Counted from the first letter of the stretch, positions 36,661 through 49,721 are shown. The stretch is DNA of 64,000 nucleotides from Argiope bruennichi (GCF_947563725.1 NC_079163.1:54630922-54694921), one strand, 5' to 3'. Notes: generated by a model from the letters alone, not told the origin. Numbers and translations are program-made.

Positions 36661-36959
36661 CTACGTCAGTTGGGGTAACGCTATGCGGATTAGAAATTTT
36701 TAATTTCCTTTATTCTGTTTTATTTTAATTCAAAAGTACTTCAGAATGAATCTGAAAGATTGATTCATTAACAATGTTTAATTTTAAATGCATCAAACAT
36801 TAATAAAATAAGCAGAACCGATTGAAATAATCCGCCGAAAAATTTTAACCCTAGCCTCATTACTGTTGGGAGAAAAAAACAACGGAAGCCTTTCTCGTTT
36901 GGCGCTGGGGATAATGGAAGATTTTTTTGGCGGAAAAGTTGGCGGTGGGGAAAATGGAA

Positions 36960-37114
36960 GATTCTTTTGGCGGGAAAGTTAGTTTTTAATTAATAATTAA
37001 AATTCTAATTAAAATTTCAAAAAAAGGGACCCCAGGTGCACATTCCCGACCTCTAAGGTATACATGTACCAAATTTGATAGCTGTATGTCAAATGACCTG
37101 GCCTGTAGAGCGCC

Positions 37115-37116
<2 letters not shown>
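36960..37116 (-). repeat. interspersed repeat family C, copy 1 (partner at 41090-41270), adjoining a (CA)n microsatellite
   Basis: The reverse complement of 37040-37110 (CTACAGGCCAGGTCATTTGACATACAGCTATCAAATTTGGTACATGTATACCTTAGAGGTCGGG) aligns to 41125-41185 (CTGTACACACCAGGCCGTCTGCCTATCAAATTTGGCAAATATGTACTTTGGAGGGTCGGAAAG). Confidence 0.45.

Positions 37117-37148
<32 letters not shown>
37117..37148. repeat. (CA)16 microsatellite
   Basis: Read directly. Confidence 0.95.
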
Positions 37149-37152
<4 letters not shown>

Positions 37153-39035
37153 GCTTTATTATAAGTATATAGATACATCTTATAACACAACTTAATTGAA
37201 TATAAAATATATATTTTGATGAGAAAACGATAAAAATAAAATTTCATGTTTCTGTCCCTTTTTTCTTATTTCAAAGTTCAATGTCCTCAAGTACCATTCA
37301 CAAGCATGAAATAAGCCGAGTTAAATAAGAGTGTCTAAAAACAAACTGAAGAAAAAGCTCTAGTTCTGAGTTCTTTATTTTACTCACGTACTGTTATTTC
37401 CGCAAAGAAATGTGTTTTAAATTAAGGAATATAGTCTTATAAAAGTTATTGTATCTTCAACTTGTTTTGAATTATTTTTTTCAAAATGATTTAAAGACTT
37501 TTTGAGAAATAAGATATAGTCAGGCTCTGACGAGTTGTTGGGGGCGTCACAAGAATTGAGTGTTACTAGAAGAGTCTAATTTGATAAGATAGGAAGCGGA
37601 CATGAGTTAATATTTATAAAATCTGACCTTGTTTCTTTTCTTCATAATACACTATTGAAGATATATTAATAATGAGAAACAGAGGAGTAAAATGTTCAGA
37701 GTTCAAGGCAGTTGTATTTATTGCACTCGTATTTTTTCTCCGTTTCGTAGTTTTCTTCCTTTTCGAATGTGCACTCATTTGTCTGAGGTAATAAGATTAG
37801 GCGCTAACTCATCACAGACAAACTATAATTCTTTCAAAACTTTTATAAAGCATTTTCTGTATTTTATGTTGCATGAATTAAATTTGGAAATGAAAACTTC
37901 TCCTGACAGATATTCAAAAACTCGATTTAGCACAAGATTCTATCACCCTCATACACAAATTTACATTTTGTTAAAAGCATACTTTAGATTCAAATTGCTT
38001 CTTGATTTAAATAACTTAAAACAATTCTTACATTCTCTTTATTCTTTGTTTCAAAAAATGAAAGTTAATTCACAAATTATGATTGCAGCAAGTCGTTTTA
38101 TTTCAATTTGTTCTCTTAATAAATTACAGTATTTATTCACGATTTCAAAGAATCAATTCCTTACGAATCCAAATGAATGAGCAAGTAATTGAAAGGTTAA
38201 ACATTCAATAATGAAAATGATTGTTACTTTCTTATTCAGAAGATAAAACAATGTTACTTTACATGAAAAAGTATCATCTAAAATTAACAGCCTTTCAGAA
38301 GAGGAAAAACTCCCATTTAATTTATTAACTAACGTTTCTTACTCTTAATTATGTATAAGAAACAACAACTCTAAGTTGTATACTACTGGCTATTTTTTCT
38401 CTAAAGGAATTTCCAAATGATCCATTCTTAGAATTTACAGTGTTTTGATTTTAACAAAACTTGTTTAAAGAACTTTGGGGAAAAAAATTCTTCTTTCTAG
38501 ATTTCGAATAGATAGTGTAGAAATTATTCTATTCTTAAACTCCTGAACGTTTTGGGAATAGAATTACAGGTAAAAGCGTAAGAAGAAATCGAATATCATA
38601 ATTATTTTAATAGAAGTTTCAGTAACAAAGGGTAATTCGATTATTCGAAGCATGCCTTTCCGAGGACAGATAAGGACAAGAACATGAAAAGGTACTTTAT
38701 TACCTCTGTTAATGGGATTAAATTGAAGTAAGAAAAAGTTCGAGGTGGGGAATACATGGCCAAGATATCTTCTTAAAAGTGCAACAAAATATTTCAAAAA
38801 TCACTTTTAATCTAGGTTAATAATTTTTTGGGGTTTTTATACAATTTGATATTACTTTTTATTTTGGTCTACTAACCATCTTATCACATCCACTCAAGGG
38901 AATAAAAAATTCTTTTTATTTCTTTAACTCACATTGTACTTTAATAAAAAGAATTAAAAATAATATGTAATAATAAATAGTGTTTCAGTAATAAGCATGG
39001 AATAGTTGTTTAATTCTTTCATATTAGACTATTAG

Positions 39036-39311
39036 CCGACGTCCTGGCATGAGGATAGCGCATCTTCCCTGTGTTGTCCCTGGTTCGAATCCCGGTTCGG
39101 GCATGGTTGTTCTTCATTTGTATTCTATCTGTGAGGTGTATGAATGTGCTCCCCCCCCCCTATAAAAAGGGGTTGTGCAAGCGAATGTGTGTGCGTCATC
39201 TTCATATGAGCTAGAAGTCAGACTTCTGCCCTCGGGTGCTCAGGGGTCTTTACCCTCAGAAGATACTGCACCCACTTTCCGTGGTAACGCGGACACGACA
39301 TCATCATCATC
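39036..39311 (+). mobile_element. tRNA-derived SINE family 2, 276 bp, with a (CAT)5 tail and a perfect 12-bp TSD
   Basis: The head GCCGACGTCCTGGCATGAGGATAGCGCATCTTCC...CCCTGGTTCGAATCCCGGTTCGGGCATGG carries a canonical B box (GGTTCGAATCC). The tail is ACATCATCATCATCAT. ATTAGACTATTA lies at 39024-39035 and again at 39312-39323. Confidence 0.8.
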
Positions 39312-39765
39312 ATTAGACTATTAAAAATGGGGGGAAATATTTATCAAAAATTTGGACTCCAAAACAAAATCGTAAAATCATCAAACGCTAATAATAATAC
39401 GCTACGAAAATTTTTATTACATCTAATACAAATTTAAATTTTTGGGAGTTTTATTTAACATTATTTTTCTTGTGACAATATCTTTACAATATTGTTCTCG
39501 CACATTCACGGTTGTTTTTAACCTCCAAATTTTTCGGGAAATTGTTTTATTTTTAGGACACTAGAAGTTTAGCACTAAAACTTTTTCTTTTCTGTTTTTC
39601 GGTCTTTAGTTGGCTTCATAAATCGTTACACATATCTGCAAAAAATAGCTCTATCACGTTTTAAAGGAGAAATGATTTATGGAAAAAGTTAAAATTTCTT
39701 ATAGTTGTATCTTTTTTTATTCAAAATTTCTTTCATTTTTCTTCCGGCGAACTTATAAAGATTGT

Positions 39766-40035
39766 AGGAACCTGATGGCAGTGTTTCGACTTCAGACTTG
39801 GAGGGCTCCAAGTTCAAAACCGAACTTTACTTAAGAATCTACCTGTAGGCTGTTCTAATGTGCATTAATTCCATCGAGGATAAATGATCATCCGCTCGTG
39901 TGTTGTGGAAATTCAGAAAAGGAGATGCCAGCTGAGATATTGTTCTTATCTCATCATTGTTCAAAATTACAAGGTTAGTCACAAAATAATCATTGTATTA
40001 CTTCAAAATGATATGTTATATACCGAAAAACTAAT
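39766..40035 (+). mobile_element. SINE family 1, older diverged full-length copy
   Basis: CCTGATGGCAGTGTTTCGACTTCAGACTTGGAGGGCTCCAAGTTCAAAACCGAAC...GTGTGTTGTGGAAATTCAGAAAAGGAGATGCCAGCTGAG...TTCAAAATTACAAGGTTAGTCACAAAATAATCATTGTATTACTTCAAAATGATATGTTATATA is co-linear with the reference copy at about 70% identity. Confidence 0.6.
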
Positions 40036-41089
40036 CTAATGGACTTACTGAGGATTTACTATAATTTAGCATTTTAGCTGATATTCCATCTTTCTTAATG
40101 AATCTTTGTTTCCTTTATGACGGAGAAATCTTTCAATTTCTCTCTCGCTTATTGCGTCTAATATTTTCAGAATTATTTAAGAGTGGAAAGGGAAAATAAT
40201 TTTTTTAAGTATTAGGATGTCATTTGAACTTCAAATCTTCTTGCATCTCTTCTGGAATAGGTTTGTAATTGATTTCCACGAAAGCTATTCACAATAATTT
40301 TTTTAACACTAGAACGTCCAGGATTTCGATTACCCTTAAACATCCGACGGTGTCGTTTCGACACAGCGATATGAAATATATAAATTAATTGTAATAAGTA
40401 AATAATTGCAGTCTACTGTTCAGTAGGATTAAGTTTTAAGACTTTTTCATATTATTTCACGTAACTATCATATATTATGACCCTTTATATCATAAAAAAA
40501 CTGTAACAAAACAAATAACTTACTCTTTTAAAATGAAATAAAACAATAATATTAATAAATATTAGTATAATGAGCAAAATCGTAATTTTTGTGAGAATGC
40601 AATTTTTTAATCATTATTTATCGTTTTTATGCATAATATTTTGTACATACCCCATTTTTAATGAATACAGTGATATTCAGTTTTTCCGGTACATTTTCTA
40701 CAACACCTTTTTTATGCAAGAAACACACATTTTTTTTTAGTTGCATTTCCATTACACTCTTTAATTTGACAATTTTTGCGTTTTAGCGAATTTGTAATTT
40801 TCTTTAAATTTAGTATTTATTACTGGAATATTATCAATTTCATCTGCACTTTCTTCAGATTCTTCGCAATCACTTCATGCAATCTTATGTCTTCATCGGG
40901 GTAGTGAGACAAATGCGTACGGACATTTGCCTACGGGTCATAAAAGGCCAATAAATCATGCGTAACTCTTTGAAAAAAAGGGGGTAGGGAGTGATTAGTC
41001 TAGGTTTGCTAAAACATATGTTATCTATTTTCAAGAGTATTTGGCGAGAAAATGTATTGGTATTTTAACTAAATTTTGATACTTAAACA

Positions 41090-41270
41090 CAAGGAAAAAA
41101 CATTTGTCTCTATGTGTATATGCTGGCTCTGTACACACCAGGCCGTCTGCCTATCAAATTTGGCAAATATGTACTTTGGAGGGTCGGAAAGTGATTTTTT
41201 GAAATTAAGAGAAATTTCAAAAATTAAGAGAAATATTGACTTTTTCCGTGATAACTTTCAAAAAATTTAC
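41090..41270 (+). repeat. interspersed repeat family C, copy 2
   Basis: See 36960-37116. It shares the CTATCAAATTTGG...GGTCGG...TTTTTGAAATT segment. Confidence 0.45.
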
Positions 41271-44084
41271 AGTAAAAAATAGTTTTTACTTTCAAATCAT
41301 ATCAATTCTTTGCATTATTCATTCACAGTCAAAGTACGCTAAATATAGTTCTCAAATGAAAATCAATAAACTTTAAAAGAAAATCTGAAATAAAAATTCA
41401 ATTCTAAAAAATTACACCTAAACTTAACTATTACCATCACAAATGATTCCAATTGTTTTAAGATAAGTGGATTATTTAAATGTGCATTTCAGCTAATTAA
41501 TAACACGCAAGTCAATAAGAGAATTTAACAATTGATAAATTTCCTACTATTTGAAATTAAATCTGTTCAAAACTTTTGATAAATCTGGTAATCAAATAAA
41601 CAATTCATATACACATGAAATAAATAACTTAACTAGCCTGATATAGTTATAAAAATACATCTTATCTTATATTTAAAAATCTAGTATTCTCATTTATATG
41701 AAATCTTTATCCTTTCATACGTAAATATAAACGGAAGATCTTGACTATAAAACATACATGCTATCTAAGATCTGTATTCTTTTTACAGAATAAAAATACG
41801 CAAAAACTGATAAACCAATAAAATTTATGAATTTTTTAAAATTTTAAGATAATTTACGTTAGAGATAACATTATTTTTATCAGTAAACATTTCAATAAAG
41901 ATGTAGATGTGTATTGTTGAAGAGTGTATTACCAGAACTTCATTGAACACTATTTTTAATGATTTATTGTACATATAAGAACGATCTTCAATAAAACTAA
42001 AGTTTCTGAAGAACATATACTACATATATTAATGTAAAAATCATTTTTCTTAATTGTATTTTATTTTTTAACAGTAGATTTGAATTAAGGTTTAGTAAAT
42101 AGTGCAACTAGAAGAAAATTAAATTTGAATTCAGCTAATATCTCCTACAAATTTTCGCAGATACAAAGGATCAGTTAGCAGAATATTAATATACTTCTGA
42201 TTTAGTAAGCTGCTTATTTTATGCACCGTATACTTATAATATTTCATATACAAAATGCAAAGTCATATAATGAACAAATAATTTATCTTTATCAGAATAC
42301 AGATTTTTTTTAAAAAAAATTAACAACATTTAAATTAAATCTACGATGATAAACAGAAAAGTTTAAATTTGTAATGGCATTCTACTCCGGAAACTGATTA
42401 TTTTTTTTTTAACTGATATAGCATGGAAACTTAATATCCGTAGTTGGAAGCTTTTCTTACTACTTACGGCATTTTAAGAATTGCTTTTGCAACTTTTCAC
42501 TCCTTACAAATCATTCCAATACCACTAACCTCATTTAATTGTACTTTAAAATTAAGAGACGACTTTCTTTAAGTGCCTATATTTAAATAATACATATTTT
42601 AATGTTCGAACTTATTGAATTAAATAAACAAATCAAGAAGAAATAAAGCAAAAACTAATGAAACGCAAACTCTTTCGTTTAATTCAAAACGTTATATTTT
42701 TGTAAAGTAATGCATTTATATCTAAAATGTAGAAGAAATGATTATTACTTCTAAGTGGATACACTATTTATATGAGAAGAAATATCATTGCTTAATGATT
42801 TTTATCATACATTTTTGAATAAATACATTGAAAAGCAATTCATCTTTCATAAAAAGCAAAGTGAAAATTATTCATACAGTATTAAAACACATGAAATTGT
42901 ATTAATAAACATATCGTTAAGTATTCGAAATTGTGTCAAACATCATGCTAACTCTTGCCAAATATGACAATTTTAGATAACGTTTAAAATGTTGTAACCT
43001 CATCTAGAACTGGCTCTTATCAGTAACACAACCGCATTGTAAACGAGACTATTGATTGACAGTTTTATGACTGGTACGCAAAGTGTACTGTATGCAAAAG
43101 TCACACAACCCTTCATTGGAATCTAAATTAGAACAAGACAGCTAAGAACAAGACAGCTAAGAACAAGACAGACAAGACCATCCGACTCATTCTCAGAAAG
43201 CTATTGCAACAAATTAGCAATTTCATCGCAGCTTAGACCTTTTCTGCAAATCATCGTTTCAGGGTGCACAAAATTCGAAAAGCGAATGATTTTTTTTAGA
43301 GCAGATAAGCAAATGCTATGAAACGAAACACCTTAGACACAACAATTGTTGTATAATTGATTCAATTCCATTGTGAACCCAATAGCACTGCATTCAAGGT
43401 CAAACAAATGTTCGATAATAGTTTGGGAAATTTGTTTTACTAATGGTGTCTACTTACAACAGCTATTTATAATGATAAAATGCCTTTGAGTCGAAATGAC
43501 ACCCGCGGACGTTCTAGGTATATTTAATTGTAAAATCTCCCCTAATCAACCTAGAACCACAAAACTTTTTCCACCATGGAAAATGATTAAAAGTCACGAA
43601 AAACTTTCAAATTCCCTGCAAAAAGGAAGAAAGAGAATAAACTAAACAGGCTTCGTTGTCCAATCGACACCGACGGACATTTTAGTGTTAAAAAAATCCA
43701 GTTATTTATTTTATTTTATTTATTTATTTTTGTTTGTATGTATGTGTCGCTTAAAAATCTCATTGCTAAAAATTTAACAACTTTTGAATAATTCTAGTTC
43801 AGATGGCAGCCAGAATGCAATCAATTATCGTCATCTTTCTTTTCGTTTATTTTAATTATTCCTTAACTTAAACCAACTGATTAATAGCTAACTGGCTTTA
43901 TTTTTCCAACATTCCTTAATTTATTGAAATCACTACTATATACATAGTTATAAGTAAAATATATTTTCATTTGAATGTCATGCCTTTTACTTTGTCATAT
44001 ACGAAGAGAAAGTATTGCAATCGTCAAAAGATTCAAACTCGGTACTTTGTTGAATCCCTCCCTGAATCGAAAAACCCATTGTTG

Positions 44085-44480
44085 GAATTTGTTTAATCTA
44101 TCTATGAACTTGATAATTTAAAAATGCTTTCAGCTAGACAGATGAAAATTGGTATATGGTCTCTACTCTAAGTTTGTCGATTTCTATCAAATTTAATACG
44201 AAATATCTGATTATAAGTTAACACGATAACTACAGTACAAAGGGAACTGGATAGATAAAATTTGGTGCGTACCAAATTTGGATCATATTTGTCTTAATGT
44301 TGATCGTCTGTCGGTTTGTGCAGTTTAATGCATATAAATGCGGTAACTCAAAATTTTAACAACTTAGTAAATGAAATTTGGTTCATAGTTTTAAGATCTA
44401 AAGTTTTCGGACAGATAAAATTTTGAAATATATCTGTCAGAGGGTTGGTCCGTTCTTTCACAAGAATAAAAACGGGAATA
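44085..44480 (+). repeat. interspersed repeat family D, copy 1 (partner at 50520-50720)
   Basis: GCTTTCAGCTAGACAGATGAAAATTGGTATATGGTCTCTACTCTAA...GTTAACACGATAACTACAGTACAAAGGGAACTGG aligns with GCTTTGATCTAGAGGGTTGAAATTTGGTATACGGTCTTTGCACAAA...ATTAACACGATAATTACAAAAATGAAGGCATGG. Confidence 0.5.
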
Positions 44481-44974
44481 TTCAAAAAAGCATGGACTTA
44501 AATGTATGAAGGTTGATACGTGAGTTCCTGACTGCAACTGTAATTCTGTGTTCTATTTCGGGTTTAATCGTCCAGAAAGAAAAGGTCAAAATACACGTTC
44601 TGTTTTTAGGTACTTTCGCATTAACTCCACCCCAGGGATTCAGCACCAAAAATAATCGTCGAAGATCGCACTGTAATAGGCTCTTTCGTAACTGTTTCTC
44701 ACCAGTGGCATACGGTTAATAATACACAATTTTTTATACTGTTAATAATACACAATTATATTTACTAGAGAGAATTCGAGAACGTTTCGAGGAGACAACT
44801 TATGCTGTTCATTACAACAAGCGAAGACAAGCATTAGTTTAGGTACTTGTATTCAGTGACCAAATAGGTTAATTGAATCTCAATCATTAATTAATCAAAT
44901 TTCAAGACAGTAGCTTTCTTTATCTTACTCCGTTAATTTTATACTAAAGCATACTAAGATAGTCGATATTAGAG

Positions 44975-45284
44975 TGTATAACACTGTACTCAGTTCAATC
45001 CCGTTTCAAAGTAGCACTAGGGCTATTTTGGAACCAATTTATGATGAGAACGACGCCTGAGCTGGCACCCTCTCTTTTAACATCCGCACCACCCACAACC
45101 ACCGACAGATGGTGCCTATCTGTGGTTGTGGCACCACACCAGTGGGATGACATTTGGCCCCGACGGATTTAATATGCACAATGCCCGCTTACACGACTGT
45201 ACTTCGATGGATTCGGGGTTCGAACCTGAAACTCTAAGTGTTCCGAAACCGAGACCTTATAACCAGGCCACCGAAACCCTCGCC
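44975..45284 (-). mobile_element. SINE family 1, full-length copy on the minus strand
   Basis: The reverse complement gives GGCGAGGGTTTCGGTGGCCTGGTTATAAGGTCTCGGTTTCGGAACACTTAGAGTTTCAGGTTCGAACCCCGAATCCATCGAAG...GGTGCCAGCTCAGGCGTCGTTCTCATCATAAATTGGTTCCAAAATAGCCCTAGTGCTACT. Confidence 0.75.
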
Positions 45285-45485
45285 TAACATTGGACTTATC
45301 TAATATCTGTGTGGCATTGAAGAGGAGTAATTTTTTCAAAGCTTCAGTGATTTAAAATAATTCCGTAAAGAAATATCTTCACATTTTACCTCCTTGTTTC
45401 TTTTTGGATCAATAATAGATATTCTACTCTTCTTCAAGTAATATCTATATTAAGTAATAGCAGTATCTATACCATACATATCGAA

Positions 45486-45727
45486 TTCACAATAAAAGGG
45501 CTATTCAAATTTTAGTTTCATAGTTACATTAGGGCTATATGGGAAAGAATCTCGTAATTTGATTCGCAGTCAGTTAATGAAGACATCTAAGCAGGCACCC
45601 ACTTCTGTACTCTACCATCAATTAAACTCCTACAAACAAACGAGGTGATTCTTTGGTAAAAACGGGTTTCAAACTTGGAAGTCTCCGTTTCAAAGTCAAG
45701 ACCTTACCATTAAGTCTCTGCGATCAG
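45486..45727 (-). mobile_element. SINE family 1, minus-strand copy with an internal deletion, 200 bp downstream of the previous copy
   Basis: The 3' region TAGGGCTATATGGGAAAGAATCTCGTAATTTGATTCGCAGTCAGTTAATGAAGACATCTAAGCAGGCACCC and the head region GTTTCAAAGTCAAGACCTTACCATTAAGTCTCTGCGATC both align to the reverse complement of the SINE. Confidence 0.55.
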
Positions 45728-46184
45728 GGAAATAAGTTGAGAGAAAGGTATCCTATATTTCATTTGATGTATCAGTTAAGAAAAATGAAAAAGAATGTTT
45801 TATATTATTTCGCATTCATATGTACCGATTTCGAATTTAATAATCATTTTCTTCCTTAAATTATATTCGATTATTCGTTAGATTTTGAGCAGACCAAACC
45901 CCAAAATAAAATGGGGATATCTGCAGTAAAAAGAAAGTCGCTTACCTCTATCTTAGAAATTTTAAGGACTTAAAATTTGTAGCTTTTTTCAGACCTTGGT
46001 AGCTCCACTACATATTCTTAAATTTCTTTAACAAAAAGTATTGTCGCCATATGTGGAAGATACAATAAGCGGGAATTAAAGTCATCCACATTATTATTTG
46101 AAGACAAATAAATTTATTCCATGAAAGAGGAGAAATTTGCTTGGTTCAGCAATGCAACGTTTGTTCGTTTCCATATAAAGAAGA

Positions 46185-47130
46185 TGGCCTTGGTAATCTA
46201 ATATTAAGATCCCAGCTTCGGGTTTGGAGAGCTCCATGTTCGAATCCTGATTTCTCTAAAAATCTGACATGATTTGTACAAATTAAATATGACGACTTCT
46301 CGTTGATATTGTAATGTCCCGATCTAGACTGATCAAATAACGAAGCAGAATTTCCAGACAATTCTTTATTTTACAGCCCTATATATATATAAAGAACAAT
46401 TTGTTCTAATCTTGATTAAATAAATAGATATTTACACCTGTAGTAGGAGATACAACAGTCAAAATCGGAGATTTTTCTTGAAACTCATTTCTTTATCTCG
46501 TCAACATGACCATTCCAGGGGTAGTTTCTCAGACTCCGAACTCGTGGGCGTAGTCCAACAGTTCCTGCAATTCGTTTCTTCTCTCCTCTTGAAAAATAAA
46601 TCTCCCCGCTTTATTTCGGCGACAATCTCCGCCTCTTAATTTACATTGGTCATTTGAGCTTTCCTTCGGCCAAACGGGGTTCAGCCATATGCTCTCTCAG
46701 CGGCGCCAGTGGGTCGTGGGAAAGTCCTTTCACAAAGAGAAACATCTAGCATCCAGATGTTCGGACACCCCTTTCTCTTTGAAGGTACTGTCATACCTCT
46801 GGGACGAGGAATTCCTTATGTGGTCTTTTATTGTAGTTGCTAATGAACAGATGCGAGACCACCCAGGTGAAAAGATCCATCATCTGGCTATCTAGACTTT
46901 AGTAAGTAATAGCGACAACACAATGAATCAGTACAACACAATGTCTTATCAGTACAGGGAAACGGGGAATGTTACAATATAGTGAGGAAGTTTGGAGAAG
47001 CAGGTACCAACTTACATTTCGTCCTCAACATCTGATCAGGGTTATAAATTGTGAGATCAGTCCTAGAAATAGTCCTAGAGTTATTTAAAAATGGGAATTT
47101 TGCATAACTAATTAGACTATAAACAAGGAA
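46185..47130 (+). mobile_element. SINE family 1 copy interrupted by a GC-richer insertion of about 640 bp (roughly 46320-46955) of unknown origin
   Basis: The head at 46185-46320 is GGCCTTGGTAATCTAATATTAAGATCCCAGCTTCGGGTTTGGAGAGCTCCATGTTCGAATCCTGATTTC. The 3' part at 46955-47130 is GGGAAACGGGGAATGTTACAATATAGTGAGGAAGTTTGGAGAAGCAGGTACCAAC...AGTCCTAGAAATAGTCCTAGAGTTATTTAAAAATGGGAATTTTGCATAACTAAT. The insert carries short ORFs on both strands, for example 46689-46895. Confidence 0.45.
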
Positions 47131-49156
47131 GTTATTCTATTAATACTACTCCTGTACGATTATAAGGATGATTTATTAATATTATTTAGCTAAGATTATG
47201 CACTCATAAAGTTTTCAAAAGGCAAAAACCTTTGAACTGTCATTGATGTTCTCATTATTAGATAAAATATTTACATCGCTGTTCTCAAAATATCAAAGAT
47301 CATTTAATTCTTTTATCCAGTACATAAGCTCGGTTATTTTCCTTCATTAAAATTTGTTTCGGAAGCTTTAATGAAAGAAGCTAGCTGTGGGCAAATTCTC
47401 CGACAAAATGAAATTGGATAAACCAGAAGAAAAAAAAGTTGGTAGAACCGAAGAGTCACTTTTTATTGAAACTGATTTTCAAGATTTTCTATTTCGTTCT
47501 CAAGCTTTCTCTTTCGTTAAGCTTGAACCAACCTCAAAAATAAAAATTAATCAGAAAACCCATAAGAATTTCTCTTTCTCTCCTAATTATTCAATAAACG
47601 AGATTATGAACTAGCTAATTTTCCTCAAGCGTACTTGAAATCACTCTTCATACTTGAAGTGCAATTTTTACTTGTTTTAATTCCCTTCTACCCTCCCCCC
47701 CCCTCTCCCCAATAATCTTACAGAAACATCAATACTTATAAGAAAAGTTCTTTTTTTCGAGTTTTGAGTAAAAGAGACAAAAATTTGCACTAATTCTTTA
47801 TAATATGTGTTGTACATAAAATTAGATAAATAAAATTCATACATAAAATGAATTTTGTCCGTATATGTCATAGAAGAGTTTTGTAAAAAAAAAATTAGAA
47901 AGCTGAGCGATTCTAATTTTTTCACATACTTTTATTAAACTTGACTTGTTTTATGTTTATTGAGATGGAAATTCGTAAATTATTTTTAACTCACTTGATG
48001 TTCTGATAGAATTTTGAAATGTTATACACTTGTGTGTTCTTGATTATAATACATTGTTAACATTTACAGCGCTTAGTTATAAGTTAATCGAAAAATATAA
48101 TTTTTTTATTCCATATTCGTGGCATCAACTAGCTGTAAATTTGAGAAACAATTGGTTATAAGATTCCATAATACTATGATTTGGTATTATGATATATCAG
48201 AAAGCAAAATATCAGAAATATTAATATAAACTTTAAAAATATGCTTTTATTAGTATAACCATAGAAGAATTCCCCCATCCCTGACTTGGTATCCTGAGAA
48301 ATTGAACGACATTCGCCTCTATAATATTTCGAAACTCAGAGTGAAATCCTAACACATATCCTGCGATCACTAGAGATACATTCCCTCATAGGTAATTCAA
48401 ACCCACATCATTGGGGGTTAAACAGTGAACTTGCTTAATTTACCAATAAATTATCATCCACGCATTTGTGGTATATTCTCTGTGATAATTTTATTGGAGT
48501 AGTCACAAACCCAAGAAAGCTACTTCTGTCTTGCACAGGGTAATGTAAATAACAATACAGCCACGAAATTTAAAACTGGCACTGGGATAGATGCATTATA
48601 GTCGCATAATTAGAGCTCGCACACCAATTTTTTCGAAGAGGTAACTCAAATCCAGACCATTATTTTAACTTTTAAGAAAGCGTTAACCAGCCACCATATC
48701 GTAAAGTTGCCGCCCTCATAACGAAATCCCAGTGGACTATTGGTAACTATTTGGTAAGGTATTTTTTATCAAAATTCTAAAAGTCAAACAAAAAAAAAAA
48801 CTTAAAAGCTTGATTTCTTGAAAAAAGAATGTGACAAATAAATGAAGCTGCAGGAAATGTCGTAAAGATATTTTCTAAATATTCATTAAAATTTAAGTTT
48901 ATTATGAAAGTGACTAAAATTCCAATTTATTTAATGTATCTTCACATTTTACGTTTTCGGTTTGACTCCTAAATTTTTAATGAAAAGATTTTTTTTAACT
49001 TTTTAGCACCTTAATAAATAAGTATTCTTGAAACTTTTATTCCCTTCCTTTTCGTTTCCTGAAGAAATTTAACTCAAAAATGTTTATTTTTTAAACTGCT
49101 TTTATCCCGTGACTTCTCTAGAACAGAAGGTAAATTGGTTTCGTTGGTCGGAATTC

Positions 49157-49180
49157 ATTTTTTTTTTTTTTTTTTTTTGG
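49157..49180. repeat. poly(T)24 homopolymer
   Basis: Read directly. Confidence 0.9.
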
Positions 49181-49721
49181 ATCCATTTGGATACAAAATC
49201 CCTTTGTGTTGGTTCTTTCTTCTGCTGGTTTCCAAACCTTCTTTGGAAGGCAATGGTAAATTTCAATCTAGCCATCCAAACAGCACAGATCAATTCTTGT
49301 GTAGTGAAAGAAAAGGTTCCGAGCAATTTTGAAAAGGAAGTTATTTTTAAGTTAAACAGCAAAAGGGGAAAACATTTAAAACGTCATAACTGTGCAATGC
49401 TTCTGTATATGCAACAAAAGTTGTTAAAATATATTTCATCCCTTTAACAACGAAACATTTGTTGCTTGTTGTTAAATAATAAACATATGATCCGTCGTTG
49501 GAAGGTTAAAGCTTTATTTCTCATTTCTGTGTGTACGTTGAATAAAACCGAACACAAAAGGAATCATTATTTAACTCCACAAACTCCAAATGTATGCTAA
49601 AAATTACTTATCAAAATCCGATTTATTACTAGAAGAAAAAATAAATGTTATTTAGTTAACTAAATAAAACCTACAACTGCTTTATAAAAAGTTTTGGGTC
49701 CAAGTACAAGAAAGTACCATC

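Noticed and set aside
37692-38180. Longest ORF in the window (162 codons, + strand)
   Set aside because: The composition is AT-rich and low-complexity (F, L, I, K, N, S, Y rich). I recognise no domain motif and see no splice or promoter context. It is most likely a chance ORF in AT-rich DNA.
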